DNA of 63,344 nucleotides, the filler included, from Octopus bimaculoides (lineage: Eukaryota), in assembly GCF_001194135.2 (NCBI RefSeq). It is 6 parts of 6 records of this genome, joined end to end, with 100 filler letters (N's around TTAATTAATTAA, not from the genome) between each part and the next. Parts side by side here need not be neighbours in the genome. Positions count along the whole stretch, not along the records: positions 13,749 to 25,993 come from NC_069001.1; positions 26,094 to 48,106 come from NC_069004.1; 4 more parts are not named here. One strand, written 5' to 3'. Each line of letters begins with the position of its first letter. Position 1 is the first letter of the stretch. Below are positions 24,282 to 37,867 of the stretch, one piece after another. Under the pieces are notes generated by a model. That model was not told where the DNA came from. It saw only the letters and a list, made by a program, of their open reading frames with translations, and searched no databases. A program made the translations under genes and the position numbers.

Positions 24282-24729
24282 TTCACCTAATGCTGTTTTT
24301 AGTCTTCTTGCTATTAACTTTTTTTTTATTATTTTCAACTCGAGAGCTGCGGCCATGCTGGAGCACTGCCGTTAATGGTGCCAAAACACAGTTTGGGAGG
24401 AAATAAATGAATAAATAGAAAGAACTAATTACAATAGCTCTACTCCTTGAGAGTATTATAGAGTAGCAGGGTTTCATCTACAGGAATCCTTTTTCGTTAA
24501 TTTTGATAATAATAACCACTTAATAACATTAAACAGAGAAATAGTTTTTATAGCAATAACCGGTTTCTAACATTAAGCAGGAAGACAGCTTAGGGCCCGC
24601 TAATTTCAACCCGCCAGTTATCGGCCGTTTTACATTAAGCAAGGAAATAGTTTCGAGCTACTAAATTTTGATAACAATAACCGCTTAATAACATATTCGT
24701 GATTATAATAAGCCACATCCATTGTCTTA

Positions 24730-25040
24730 CATCAGCGATTCCAACACTTCTGGATTATGCAACATATGCCCTGTGCATCACTAAAATCCCGACGACGCAC
24801 CATCTCCTTCATATCTCTCTCCTACACCTCCACCAATCATCTCGAAACCACGGGACAACGAAAGACACAAACTACGTAGTCGCACACTTTGCTCGAATTA
24901 GCAGCCAAATCTTCTTAAAGCAAAACACTTTGGTTCATGTGTAGTCATGGTTAACTTACTTGTATATTAGAAAAAGATGATATAGTCACGGCTGGAACCT
25001 TTTTGGTCATAGATCTGCTGAATAAGGACTGATCCGGCGC

Positions 25041-25077
<37 letters not shown>
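24730..25077 (+). mobile_element. Possible I-group LINE 3' end with (AAC)n tail
   Basis: LCNICPVHH*NP(D)DAHHL-like decayed CCHC motif, followed by a UTR ending GGCGCTAAAC(AAC)n. Clade assignment uncertain. Confidence 0.4.
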
Positions 25078-25580
25078 CCTTGATTCCAGAATCCTCGCTC
25101 CAATTTATTTTCACTGAAAACCTTTTACCATCAAAAGTGCAACTTTCTGGAAACCTTACCTATCGCATCCTCTTGTTCTAAACCCGATTAAAAAATGGCA
25201 GCCCGTAGCCCTGCAAGATATTAGGTAAAAATCCGGTGCTTTCGAATAAAAATACCCTGTAAGGTATTCGTACCGCCCGTATCGTAGAAGTAAGCCCTTG
25301 TCGTTCTCATCCTCAGAAATATTGTGAAACACTAATTGGTCCCTAGGAAACCTGTAACCAAAGATGCTGCTGTTCATCAATTGCGATCTAAAAATCAGTG
25401 AGTGTACACACACACGTGCGCATATAATATATATATGTGTGTGTATGTGTGTATTTGTGTGAAGGTGGGTATGTATGTGTATATACATGCTAACATACAT
25501 GTGTGTGTGTAACTGATTGAAATTCGTCAAACTTTCTCTGTATCTTTGTAGTGGAGGAGGGCAAGAAATAAACTTTGGTG

Positions 25581-25621
<41 letters not shown>

Positions 25622-25720
25622 NNNNNNNNNNNNNNNNNNNNNNNNNNNNNNNNNNNNNNNNNNNNNNNNNNNNNNNNNNNNNNNNNNNNNNNNNNNNNNN
25701 NNNNNNNNNNNNNNNNNNNN

Positions 25721-25753
<33 letters not shown>

Positions 25754-25771
25754 ATGAGACAGAGAAGGAGG

Positions 25772-25804
<33 letters not shown>

Positions 25805-26104
25805 GGATGAGAGAGAGAAGGAGGGAGAGAGAAGGAGAGAGAGAGAGAGAATAAATGATGGAATAGAGAAGGGGGAGAGAGAGAGAAGGAGAGAGAAAGG
25901 AATAGAGAGCGAGAAGGACAGACAGAAAGGGGAGAGACAGAGGAGAGAGAGAGAGAGAGAAAGACAGGGAAGAGACAGGAAGGAAGAGAGAGANNNNNNN
26001 NNNNNNNNNNNNNNNNNNNNNNNNNNNNNNNNNNNNNTTAATTAATTAANNNNNNNNNNNNNNNNNNNNNNNNNNNNNNNNNNNNNNNNNNNNTCTATAT
26101 ATAC

Positions 26105-26513
26105 ATTCTTTTACTTGTTTCAGTCATTTGACCGCGGCCATGCAGGAAGATCGCCTTTAGTCGAGCAAATCGACCCCAAGATTTATTGTAAACCTAGTAC
26201 TTATTCTATCGGTTTTTTTGCTGAAACGCTAGGTTACGGGGACGTAAACACCCCAACATCGGTTGTCAAGCTACAGTAAGGGGACAAACACAGACACACA
26301 CGCAAATATATATACACACACACATACACATATATATACTTGTGTGTGTCTGTTTGTCAGGTTTCCTTCGGTTTCTGTCTACTAAATCCGCTCACAAAGC
26401 TTTGGTCGGCCCGAGGCTATAGTAGACTTGTCCAAGGTGCCATGCAATGGGACTGAACCTGGAACCATGTGGTTGGTATGCAAGTTTCTTACCACATAGC
26501 TACTCCTGCGCCT
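26105..26513 (-). mobile_element. tRNA-derived SINE family C, full length
   Basis: Minus strand AGGCGCAGGAGTAGCTATGTGGTAAG...GGTTCCAGGTTCAGTCCC head, GCCTCGGGCCGACCAAAGC core, internal TG/TA microsatellite, tail GCATGGCCGCGGTCAAATGACTGAAACAAGTAAAAG. Confidence 0.9.
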
Positions 26514-26562
26514 ACATACCAACACACACACACACACACACGTGCACACATATATATGTATG

Positions 26563-26631
<69 letters not shown>

Positions 26632-28179
26632 ATATATACATATATGTAAATTATTCAAGCGATCGTGATGGAAATAATTTTGTTACATATACATGTGTAT
26701 ATACATACATAGAAACATAGATACATATATAAATACATAAATACATACATATATGTATATGTATGTAGGTGTGCTCAGAAGCATACACGTATACGCACAA
26801 ACGCATATGCATTTACAAAAATTTAGCTACATATACCTTAGCCTTGAAATTTAAAGGTGCATCACGTTGTTTTATAATCTTGAGAAGTCATCATACACCC
26901 CAAAAGTCAACTATTTATAGAATCTTTTATCCAGTCACTACAGATATATAAAGTTCTAAATTACAAATAGCTAAAATTGAATTTTCCTCCAGAATCTGAT
27001 AGAGGCAAAAAATTATTGAACTCGTGTCACATAAACGGATATTTGCCGGCTACTATACCTTTTATAGAAACATTCAATTATAATTATATACAAACTTACA
27101 GCTTCAATAAGTCTAATCTGATGCGTCACTTGAAATAGCAGTCAAAACTTATATGTGTTAAATATTTTAATCTTTATCCTCAAGTCTCGGGTCTTTTCAT
27201 CGACAAAAGTTTGTCGCTATTTATCACTTAACGAATCTATTATTAATATATCTGTATAAATGTATGTGTATACATGTACACACATGCACATATATATGCA
27301 TGTATATAATGTATGCATATAGATATACGCAAACATCTAAGTATATATATATATATATATNNNNNNNNNNNNNNNNNNNNNNNNNNNNNNNNNNNNNNNN
27401 NNNNNNNNNNNNNNNNNNNNNNNNNNNNNNNNNNNNNNNNNNNNNNNNNNNNNNNNNNNNNNNNNNNNNNNNNNNNNNNNNNNNNNNNNNNNNNNNNNNN
27501 NNNNNNNNNNNNNNNNNNNNNNNNNNNNNNNNNNNNNNNNNNNNNNNNNNNNNNNNNNNNNNNNNNNNNNNNNNNNNNNNNNNNNNNNNNNNNNNNNNNN
27601 NNNNNNNNNNNNNNNNNNNNNNNNNNNNNNNNNNNNNNNNNNNNNNNNNNNNNNNNNNNNNNNNNNNNNNNNNNNNNNNNNNNNNNNNNNNNNNNNNNNN
27701 NNNNNNNNNNNNNNNNNNNNNNNNNNNNNNNNNNNNNNNNNNNNNNNNNNNNNNNNNNNNNNNNNNNNNNNNNNNNNNNNNNNNNNNNNNNNNNNNNNNN
27801 NNNNNNNNNNNNNNNNNNNNNNNNNNNNNNNNNNNNNNNNNNNNNNNNNNNNNNNNNNNNNNNNNNNNNNNNNNNNNNNNNNNNNNNNNNNNNNNNNNNN
27901 NNNNNNNNNNNNNNNNNNNNNNNNNNNNNNNNNNNNNNNNNNNNNNNNNNNNNNNNNNNNNNNNNNNNNNNNNNNNNNNNNNNNTATATATTTCGTTTAA
28001 TTTTTCTTAAAGAAACAGTCAATGCCCCTTCCTCCACCTCGCCCACCCAATACCCACCAGCTTTCAAAAAGTTAAAATCTCCAAATCTTTCACTTTTGTC
28101 TGATGTTTTCGGCATGTGTAGAGTTCTACTGAAATAGTAGATTTAAAAATTACGAAGCCGCCATCTGAAAACCCGACAT

Positions 28180-28545
28180 GCTAGAAACAACAGGTAAACG
28201 ACATTATTTCAGAAGAATCTTCGTTGATTTCCTTAACATCAGTTGGTAAGAATAGAAGTCATTTGACGACACCGTTCTGTTTGTAATTGGCTATCCTGTT
28301 GCAAGTTCAATCCGAAGAACGTTGAAACAATACCCATCTTGTCCATTCCACAGAATAAGATTATACTGGAGAGCATCATAAGAGAGATGCGTCTGTGAAA
28401 CCCGTTTAAGCGTGTTATCTTGAACACGAATGAGAATATCATGATTTTCAATGGGATCACCAACCATAAAGATGGCTACTTCATTAGATTCGGGCTTATT
28501 AAAACAGCGTAAATGTCCTTTACTATAGTTTACCGTAGACACAAC
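28180..28545 (-). pseudogene. Helitron Rep/helicase fragment
   Basis: NEVAIFMVGDPIENHDILIRVQDNTLKRVSQTHLSYDALQYNLILWNGQDGY...ATG*PITNRTVSSNDFYSYQLMLR: the conserved Helitron segment (SYDALQYPL..W.G.DG, DFYSYRLMIR). Confidence 0.85.
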
Positions 28546-29669
28546 GAACGCAGAAACACACACACACACACACATTCACAGAATTGATAATATTGAAAAC
28601 AGCAAAATATACGCACACGAAGTTCAAGCGAAACGAAATGTAGTCAAATAAGTGCAAAACATACTTTTTGTGGTATAGTTATACTATAAAAAAAAAAGAA
28701 AGTCACCAATTTAGCAAAAGCTAGTATGTGTTACCAATGTAAGAAAGTACAGAAAGTCAACATTTATTTGGAACATGTAGTAAATGTCATAAAATTCACG
28801 ATTGAATAAATGTTACGGCGAAGAAAGTGAAAGTCCAAGAAATTTCAGAAGGCATAATTCAATTTTTCATAAAAAAAAAAATTATTTTACAATTTTGAAA
28901 CGAACGTTGAACCAAGTGTATAAAAAGGAAGAGGCTGTTTTTGAAGTGCGGAACATTATAGGTTGTAGAATAAATACTGAGTAACACAGTAAAAAGGTTG
29001 TGCGACGTTGATACTCTCAGTGATAAAGAATATAAGGACTGTTAAAAATAATAATATCTTGAAACTGGTTAGAAGAAGTGGAATAAGATTTCTGTAATTA
29101 TATTGAAAAAGCCACTAAGGCTTTCTACTTCACCAGGTGTCCGAATTTGTTATAATTACCAGAATAGTATATTTTTTCAGATATATTTGCGAGTATTGTG
29201 AGTGGTGTTAAATCAACCAAATCTTCATGTTGGTAGTACTTCGTTGTTTGTTTGAAGTCCAGGCCGCAAGTAAGGTTTCAATGTCGGCGCGTTTCACCGT
29301 TGGGGCTGGGGCTGGAAGTTACATACATAAACTAAGAGAGAGAGACACACACACGTACCTTAATGCACACCTGAAGCCTGTCTCTGTTCCTGTGTGTGTG
29401 TGTCTATCTGTCTCTGTCATTAGATATATGTGTGTGTGTGTCAGTCGTCACAAAAATGTATGTATACTGACAGACACATACACCGTCATACGCATATACT
29501 TGTCAGTCATCGACCTAACGTAGGTAACGATCAAACTCATATAGAAAATGTGACGTCATCGTCATTGTGGTGGTGATATGTGCCGTTTATGTTAGGTGAC
29601 TAGAAGGAAAATGATAATGTTGAATTTTTGTAATGCACACATACACGCGCGCGCGCAACGCACTCACAC

Positions 29670-29701
<32 letters not shown>

Positions 29702-30083
29702 NNNNNNNNNNNNNNNNNNNNNNNNNNNNNNNNNNNNNNNNNNNNNNNNNNNNNNNNNNNNNNNNNNNNNNNNNNNNNNNNNNNNNNNNNNNNNNNNNNN
29801 NNNNNNNNNNNNNNNNNNNNNNNNNNNNNNNNNNNNNNNNNNNNNNNNNNNNNNNNNNNNNNNNNNNNNNNNNNNNNNNNNNNNNNNNNNNNNNNNNNNN
29901 NNNNNNNNNNNNNNNNNNNNNNNNNNNNNNNNNNNNNNNNNNNNNNNNNNNNNNNNNNNNNNNNNNNNNNNNNNNNNNNNNNNNNNNNNNNNNNNNNNNN
30001 NNNNNNNNNNNNNNNNNNNNNNNNNNNNNNNNNNNNNNNNNNNNNNNNNNNNNNNNNNNNNNNNNNNNNNNNNNNNNNNNNNN

Positions 30084-30144
<61 letters not shown>

Positions 30145-30244
30145 TCTGTATGTGTGTATGTGTTTAATGTATATCTACAATCGGATTGTATTAAAGTTGT
30201 ACGTTAAACTCGTGACTCAAATTTAAAGGTACTGCTATCTCGCA

Positions 30245-30282
<38 letters not shown>

Positions 30283-30582
30283 ATATATATATATCTATCT
30301 ATCTATCTATCTATCTATCTACCTGTTTGTCTATCTGTCTGTCTGTATAGATGTATGTCTACTTATCTTCCTCCTTCTCTTTCCCTCTTTCTCTAATTAT
30401 ATTCATGGCAAGAAAGAGAAAAAGAGTGAGAGTGAGATAGTGAGAGTGTGAGCGAGAGAGAGGGAAATGCAGCTATCTGAATCTTATTAATTATGTATTG
30501 ATATATGTGTGTTGATCTATCAACGCACGTATATATACCTACCTACATGCATACATACATACATATATATATACATACATAA

Positions 30583-30682
<100 letters not shown>

Positions 30683-31161
30683 GTATACATTTGTTCATGT
30701 ATGTCTATATATACATTAATATACACACACCAAACATACACAGACACATACACACGCGCGCGCTCACGCATGCACGTGTGCACGCGAACACACAGGCGCG
30801 CAGGCACACATAGACTCTCATATAGGTATCTACGAACGTATGTGGTCCCATATGCATAATCAGGCCCCAATTTCAATTCACAGCAACATATTTAATGATA
30901 CCTTTAATATACATACGCTAAGTGATTATTATATTTTCTACATCAACGATATTCCATCACGTGACCGGTAACTTAATGGCCAATTTCCGAAACAATTATT
31001 GCTCGTCAGCTAAATTATACAGAAGAATCGTTGCTATTCGGTGTCAGCTTAATGGTTCATACAATAGACTTGATGTGCATACGTGAATACGCGCACAGAG
31101 ACATTCACACACAAATACACACCCACACATCTACACACATACCCACCCCACCTCCACATAC

Positions 31162-31194
<33 letters not shown>

Positions 31195-31238
31195 CCTAGA
31201 TGAGAGTCTGTCTATATATATATAAAAACACATACATG

Positions 31239-31269
<31 letters not shown>

Positions 31270-32038
31270 GTACACACACACACACACACANNNNNNNNNN
31301 NNNNNNNNNNNNNNNNNNNNNNNNNNNNNNNNNNNNNNNNNNNNNNNNNNNNNNNNNNNNNNNNNNNNNNNNNNNNNNNNNNNNNNNNNNNNNNNNNNNN
31401 NNNNNNNNNNNNNNNNNNNNNNNNNNNNNNNNNNNNNNNNNNNNNNNNNNNNNNNNNNNNNNNNNNNNNNNNNNNNNNNNNNNNNNNNNNNNNNNNNNNN
31501 NNNNNNNNNNNNNNNNNNNNNNNNNNNNNNNNNNNNNNNNNNNNNNNNNNNNNNNNNNNNNNNNNNNNNNNNNNNNNNNNNNNNNNNNNNNNNNNNNNNN
31601 NNNNNNNNNNNNNNNNNNNNNNNNNNNNNNNNNNNNNNNNNNNNNNNNNNNNNNNNNNNNNNNNNNNNNNNNNNNNNNNNNNNNNNNNNNNNNNNNNNNN
31701 NNNNNNNNNNNNNNNNNNNNNNNNNNNNNNNNNNNNNNNNNNNNNNNNNNNNNNNNNNNNNNNNNNNNNNNNNNNNNNNNNNNNNNNNNNNNNNNNNNNN
31801 NNNNNNNNNNNNNNNNNNNNNNNNNNNNNNNNNNNNNNNNNNNNNNNNNNNNNNNNNNNNNNNNNNNNNNNNNNNNNNNNNNNNNNNNNNNNNNNNNNNN
31901 NNNNNNNNNNNNNNNNNNNNNNNNNNNNNNNNNNNNNNNNNNNNNNNNNNNNNNNNNNNNNNNNNNNNNNNNNNNNNNNNNNNNNNNNNNATATATATAT
32001 ATAGAGAGAGAGAGAGAGAGGTACAGATATATACATAT

Positions 32039-32420
32039 TTTGGGGTGTTCCATAAATAATGCGGGTTTTTTCAATGCATTAGCCAACAGTCGGTGGTGGA
32101 CGGGATAAGCTACCTGCATCAACTTACTATAAAAGCAGGTTGTAATTTTATCTTGTACTTATTCATAGTGCAAGTTTTGAAGTGCGGTTCGATTTTAAGA
32201 GTTATTTTTTCAAAGTTATAATGAAAGTGACAAAGGAGCATATTCGGCATATTTTGCTTTATGAGTTCAATAAAGGCAACAATGTAACGGAGAGCGTGAC
32301 AAATATTAATGCAATATATGAGGATAGGACAATAAATGTAAGCCAGTGTCAGCGGTGGCTCCAGAGATTCTGAACCAGAGACTACAGCCTAGAAGACGAG
32401 GCTCGTCCTGGAAGATCTGT
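32039..32420 (+). mobile_element. Mariner element 5' part (HTH domain)
   Basis: TTGGGGTGTTCCATAAATAATGCGG TIR-like start; MKVTKEHIRHILLYEFNKGNN...CQRWLQRF*..YSLEDEARPGR mariner HTH. Truncated by a SINE C. Confidence 0.85.
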
Positions 32421-32838
32421 GTGATAAGATGTTTGCTTCCCAACCACATTGTTCCGGGTTCAGTCCTCCTATGTGACACCATGGGCAGGTTTTTCTACAA
32501 TACCCTCGGGCAGACCGAAGCTCCGTGAGTAGATTCGGGAGACAAAAAACGTCGTATATGTGTGTGTGCGTGTTTGTGTGTGTGTGTGAGTGTGCGTGCA
32601 TGTGTGTATGTGTGTGTGTGTTAATTTATGTTTGCGTTTGTTCTCACCCTCTCCTTGACCCAAATGGAGTTCGGGCATCAACCTCTTCGTATTTATACGG
32701 TTCGGCAAAGGGAACCGATAAAATAAGTAACAGGCTTTAAAATATAAGTACTGGGATCGATGCAGTCGACTGAAAAATCTTCAAGGTGGTGCCCCAGAAT
32801 GGTCACACACTAATGACTGAAACAAGTAAAAGATAAAA
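32418..32838 (+). mobile_element. SINE family C, degenerate
   Basis: Head, core, internal microsatellite and AATGACTGAAACAAGTAAAAG tail. Confidence 0.85.
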
Positions 32839-32923
32839 CAAATGTAAGCATGTATGAAAGCATGCATGCATAAATGCATACACACATATAATCATATATA
32901 GTTACATAAGAATTTATGAATTA

Positions 32924-32964
<41 letters not shown>

Positions 32965-33701
32965 CATATGTGTGCGTGTATGTATATACACATACATATG
33001 TATTCGTTTGCAGGGATGACTTTCAATATATCTCTCAGATAATTATTTCAAGACAAATAATACAAAGGGATCATCTATTTCAATTACTGGAATAATCCTG
33101 CATANNNNNNNNNNNNNNNNNNNNNNNNNNNNNNNNNNNNNNNNNNNNNNNNNNNNNNNNNNNNNNNNNNNNNNNNNNNNNNNNNNNNNNNNNNNNNNNN
33201 NNNNNNNNNNNNNNNNNNNNNNNNNNNNNNNNNNNNNNNNNNNNNNNNNNNNNNNNNNNNNNNNNNNNNNNNNNNNNNNNNNNNNNNNNNNNNNNNNNNN
33301 NNNNNNNNNNNNNNNNNNNNNNNNNNNNNNNNNNNNNNNNNNNNNNNNNNNNNNNNNNNNNNNNNNNNNNNNNNNNNNNNNNNNNNNNNNNNNNNNNNNN
33401 NNNNNNNNNNNNNNNNNNNNNNNNNNNNNNNNNNNNNNNNNNNNNNNNNNNNNNNNNNNNNNNNNNNNNNNNNNNNNNNNNNNNNNNNNNNNNNNNNNNN
33501 NNNNNNNNNNNNNNNNNNNNNNNNNNNNNNNNNNNNNNNNNNNNNNNNNNNNNNNNNNNNNNNNNNNNNNNNNNNNNNNNNNNNNNNNNNNNNNNNNNNN
33601 NNNNNNNNNNNNNNNNNNNNNNNNNNNNNNNNNNNNNNNNNNNNNNNNNNNNNNNNNNNNNNNNNNNNNNNNNNNNNNNNNNNNNNNNNNNNNNNNNNNN
33701 N

Positions 33702-33778
<77 letters not shown>

Positions 33779-34015
33779 CACACACACAAATATATCTAAG
33801 TGCTCAGTATATCTGAACCATGGGAAAATTGGAAAAATTATGTGAAAGACAAATGATAGTCTACTAAAATATATTCTATTGTACTAAAAATATATAGATA
33901 TGATATATAAATATGCTAAGAACTTATTAAGAATATAAGATATATAGCCCTACTTACAATAAAAACGCTTAGGCACATATGCACTCTATGAGGAAACAAT
34001 TTTATACACACACAG

Positions 34016-34233
34016 AAGGCAGTGAACTTGTAGAATCGCTTGAATGCTGGGTAAAATGCTCAGCAGTATTTCATCTGTCTTTACATTCTGCATTTAGATT
34101 CCTCCAAGGTCGACTTTGCCTTTCATCCTTTTGGGGTCGATAAAGAAAGTACCAGTTGAGCATTGGAGTCGATGTAATCCATTTACCCGCTTCTGAATTT
34201 GCTGGCCTTGTGTCAAAATTTGAAGCCAATATT
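34016..34233 (+). mobile_element. SINE family A
   Basis: GTCGACTTTGCCTTTCATCCTTTTGGGGTCGATAAAGAAAGTACCAG core. Confidence 0.85.
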
Positions 34234-34373
34234 GCACTAACACGTGCAGTCCCCCCTCCACACACACACGCACGCACTCACACGGCCACAATCACCCACA
34301 GACGGCCACGCATCCAGACACACAGCGACACACAAGCACAGATACACACACACAGCGACACATACGCACAGAT

Positions 34374-34412
<39 letters not shown>

Positions 34413-34711
34413 CGCACTCGCACGTGTGTACATTCATGGCTACACAGATAAATTCACGCACATGCCAACAAAAAGATGCAGTTATACATCCACCCCAACA
34501 CAGAGTCTAGAAATGTGCTTGGTTCATTACTACTAAATATACCTCACATCTTTAATTATCTATCACCGCATAGTGCTTTTACTAATAAATTATACAATAA
34601 TCAGTTAGTTTACAATGCGTACGATTGTACAGTTATGCAAATTAGATCGACCAATTAATCGCTGTCTGATTTTCTGTAATTTAATATTGTCTGCGGTCAG
34701 TAAAATGACAA

Positions 34712-34758
34712 ACCAGCATCTGATGACGTGGCAAGAAAAACTGAAACTAGTCAAAATG
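34712..34758 (+). ncRNA. Possible hammerhead relic (core intact, stems lost)
   Basis: CTGATGA N16 GAAA CTAG TC: perfect core, palindromic ACTAGT stem III and GTC site, but stems I and II do not pair. Confidence 0.3.
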
Positions 34759-34949
34759 ATTTATAGTTCTGACCTCGGACAGAAAACGTCAGATATTTCG
34801 TTCGCGTTTACTTTTCTCTAGGAGGATAAACATAACTTTTTCTCCCATAAGTGCATCGCTATTGTGCACACGGTCTTCTTCTGCACGCCATACCAGTTAG
34901 CATCCTCTTTCTCCTACCAATCGGCAACGGTCGTTCCTTTCTAGACATA

Positions 34950-35830
34950 TGTCTAACTCTAGAAATTTATATGTTTGTCCCCTAACATGACCCATGATTT
35001 TTATCTATTCTCATATTATTATTATTATCTTGCTTTCTCTTCCTCTTTTCCTTTAACCATTCCTCTGGTACCCCAGCATGGCCTCAGCTCTCGGATTGAA
35101 ACCAGTAAAGAAAAAATACCTCACAGTAGTAGTAGGCCGAAATTCTCTACTAAGGAGCTATCACATTCTCTCTCTGATGATGGAATATCGCTGTTATCTG
35201 GATAGCTACGGTTCGATTGCAGGAAAATGCAACATCTGCGCACCTTTTCTTGAAACAAATGTAGGAGACTATCTACACATGTTCTTCCCTTTATGATTTA
35301 TAGTCTTGTAACAACTCAACTCTCATGTTTAAGTATTTTCCTGTTTATACGCTTATACTCGTACCTAGAGCCAATTGTTTACAAGCAAATGTCACTGCTT
35401 TTAGTTGTAGTTCCCCTCTTTTTCCTTTTCTTTCTTTTCCTTCTTTATCTCTCTTCTTTCTTGGTTTTGTTTTTGGTATTTATATTCTAATAAAATTTAT
35501 TTTAATTTCTCATTCAATAGAATTTCTGATACTTAGTCCCTTGAACTCCATTCCAGAATCCTACATACACAACATATATGAAAAAGAGACTTTGTGATAA
35601 AATTCAAAACATTTTCTTAACTACTCACAAGATATGAGACCAATTTGTTTTACAATTTCCGCTTCTTTTCTTTTTTCCTAATTTTTCTAATTTCCCAATA
35701 TTTCACATTGAATTTTAATATTTGATAAGATGGACATACACACCGGAACTAGTAATGTTTTATAAAAGTCACTTAAAATTATGGTTTAGGCCGTAAGTCA
35801 ACCTAAGCACTAATTATATGTACCTATTTT
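34950..35830. repeat. Unclassified diverged repeat, copy 1 (copy 2 at 37868-38437)
   Basis: Collinear shared blocks: CTAACTCTAGAAATTTATAT, CTCATATTATTAT, CTCACAGTAGTAG, TTCTCTCTCTGA(T/C)GATGGAAT, CAACATCTGC, GTTTAGGC..AAGTC.ACCTAAGC.CTAATT.TATGTACCTA. Confidence 0.7.
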
Positions 35831-35859
35831 AAAATTTTGGGCTACAGGTGTATTAGTTG

Positions 35860-36325
35860 ATTATACCGACCGAAATAAATGACTGGTATTGTATTTTTTA
35901 TGTACTCTAATATGATAAAAATTAATGTTGACATCCCTAAAATTTGAACTCAGAACGTAAAGAGCCTGAACAAACACCACAAGGTACTTTTTCAAGCTTT
36001 CTATTGGTTCTGAGAATCAACATTTCTTTCAAACTCTAGGACTCATAAGGCCAGTTTAGCTGATTTTCCCTGATGTATACGTGACCAAGATCACAATATT
36101 GCCCCTGAACCGGACGCCGGTTCGTTTGCTGCTTTTAAGGCCTACAATTTGGAGGGGAGGGGTTCAGTCGATTATATCCGCCGCAGTGCTTCACTTGTAG
36201 TTTAGTCTATCGAATTAAATGGAAAAATTGACCTCGGCGGGATTTGAACTCAGAATGTAAAGAGCCGAAAGAAATGCTGCTACGAATATTGTCCGATATG
36301 CAAACGTTTCTGTGGGCTCGCCAAC
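35860..36325 (-). mobile_element. Two degenerate SINE family A copies
   Basis: ATTTGAACTCAGAA motif at ~35941 and ~36241, with flanking family A remnants. Confidence 0.65.
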
Positions 36326-36357
36326 TTGCGAATCAATATGAATATTAACATGCGCTT

Positions 36358-36400
<43 letters not shown>

Positions 36401-36427
36401 ATTTATACGATCACCTCACATGCATAA

Positions 36428-36485
36428 TCCACGCTACTAATAGTTTCACGTACATGGAAACCCAACTATGTTCTTCAGGTGTGGA
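36428..36485 (-). ncRNA. Minimal hammerhead ribozyme, partly degenerate
   Basis: Minus strand: TCCACAC CTGAAGA ACATAGTTGG GTTT CCATGTACGT GAAA CTATTAG TA GCGTGGA. Intact core; stem I 6/7 pairs; stem II 7/10 pairs; near-palindromic stem III ACTA-T-TAGT. Confidence 0.65.
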
Positions 36486-36502
36486 CTATTCTATCGAAAT
36501 AC

Positions 36503-37352
36503 GCAGTTTAAATGATGGATTGAAAATAAAACGGTGCCATAAAACCTGAACAACTAACCGGATCGGATGGAACTTATTACTAAAGGGAACTGCGAATATA
36601 AAGAACGATAAATAAAAAGCGGAAACCTCAAAAATAAACCCAGCGATTGATGTAAGTAATGTGGTTGGATGTAATGTAAGAATATAATCGGGCAATATAA
36701 ATATAAAATATAAAGAACATGAGAAATGATAGAAAACATTTTTTTAGAGGGGTATGTAAAGATATGAAATCCAGAAAGACATAAAATATATGAAAAAGAA
36801 TATATACAAAAATATATACAAAAAATATATAAAAAATATATGAAAAGGTACGAAAAAATATACGAATATAATAGATATATATAAATATAAAAATATATGA
36901 ATATGAATAATAAACCTGAATATAAATTCTGAATATAAATTTATTGTGAATATAAGTTCATTATTATTACTCATACATTTTTATATTTATATCCATCTAT
37001 TATATTCGTATATTTTTTCGTACCTTTTCATATATTTTTTGTATATATTCTTTTCCATATTTTTTCATATATTTTATATCTTTTTGGATTTCATATCTTT
37101 ACATACCCCTTTAAATTTTTTTCCATCATTTCTTATGTTCTTTATATTTTATATTTATATTGCACGATTATATTCTTATATTACATCCATCGACATTACT
37201 TACATCATTCGCTGGGTTTATTTTTAAGGTTTCCGCTTTTTATTTACCTTCCTTTATATTCGCAGTTCACTTTAGTGATATCTTCCACACGATCCGGTTA
37301 GTTGTTCGGGTTTTATCGCGCTGTTTTCATTTCAGTCCATTATTGAAACTGC
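36503..37352. repeat. ~850-bp foldback (arms ~400 bp, ~65-nt spacer)
   Basis: 36503-36902 is the reverse complement of ~36969-37352 (roughly 85-90% by eye, with small indels). Spacer contains (GAATATAAAT)-like repeats. Right end abuts a SINE A. Confidence 0.9.
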
Positions 37353-37354
37353 TT

Positions 37355-37546
37355 AAGGCGGCGAGCTGGCAGAATCGTTAGCACGCCGTCCGTCGCTACG
37401 TTCTGAGTTCAAATTCCGCCGAGGTCACCTTTGCATTTCATCCTTTCGGAATCAATAAATTAAGTACCAGCTACGTACTGGGTCGATCTAATCGACTAGC
37501 CCCCTCCCTTCAAATTTCAGGCCTTGTGCCTATAGTAGAAAGGACT
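37355..37546 (+). mobile_element. SINE family A, young, short internal deletion
   Basis: GGCGGCGAGCTGGCAGAATCGTTAGCACGCC...GTCGATCTAATCGAC...GGCCTTGTGCCTATAGTAGAAAGG. Confidence 0.9.
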
Positions 37547-37564
37547 ATTTAATCTACTTAGTTC

Positions 37565-37611
<47 letters not shown>

Positions 37612-37867
37612 GTGTGTGTGTGTGTGTGTGTGTGTGTGAGTGCATATGTATATATATATATATATATACCAAACTGCTGTATATATTATGTATTTTTTGT
37701 GCGTAAGCCCACCCCCAATGGCTAGTCAGGCCTACTGATAATTCTAATGAACTTGCCCCACACGCTGTCGCTATAATACACATGGGCTTCTTCAGACCAT
37801 ACCGCTTAGCATCCATCCCCTTCACTGCGTATATTAACACCAGTCAATTCTTTTTATATATCTTCTT

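Noticed and set aside
25156-25400. Non-repetitive ~80-aa tail of ORF 25156-25530
   Set aside because: No recognisable family motif or splice signals; ORF start lies in a microsatellite.
28800-29260. FEVRNIIGCR (chromodomain-like) and RYICE (hAT-like) peptides
   Set aside because: Short, stop-ridden and mutually inconsistent; needs an HMM search.
29181-29270. Plus-strand acceptor TTTTTTCAG and donor-like GTAAGG as an exon
   Set aside because: Stops in all three frames and no supporting neighbouring exons.
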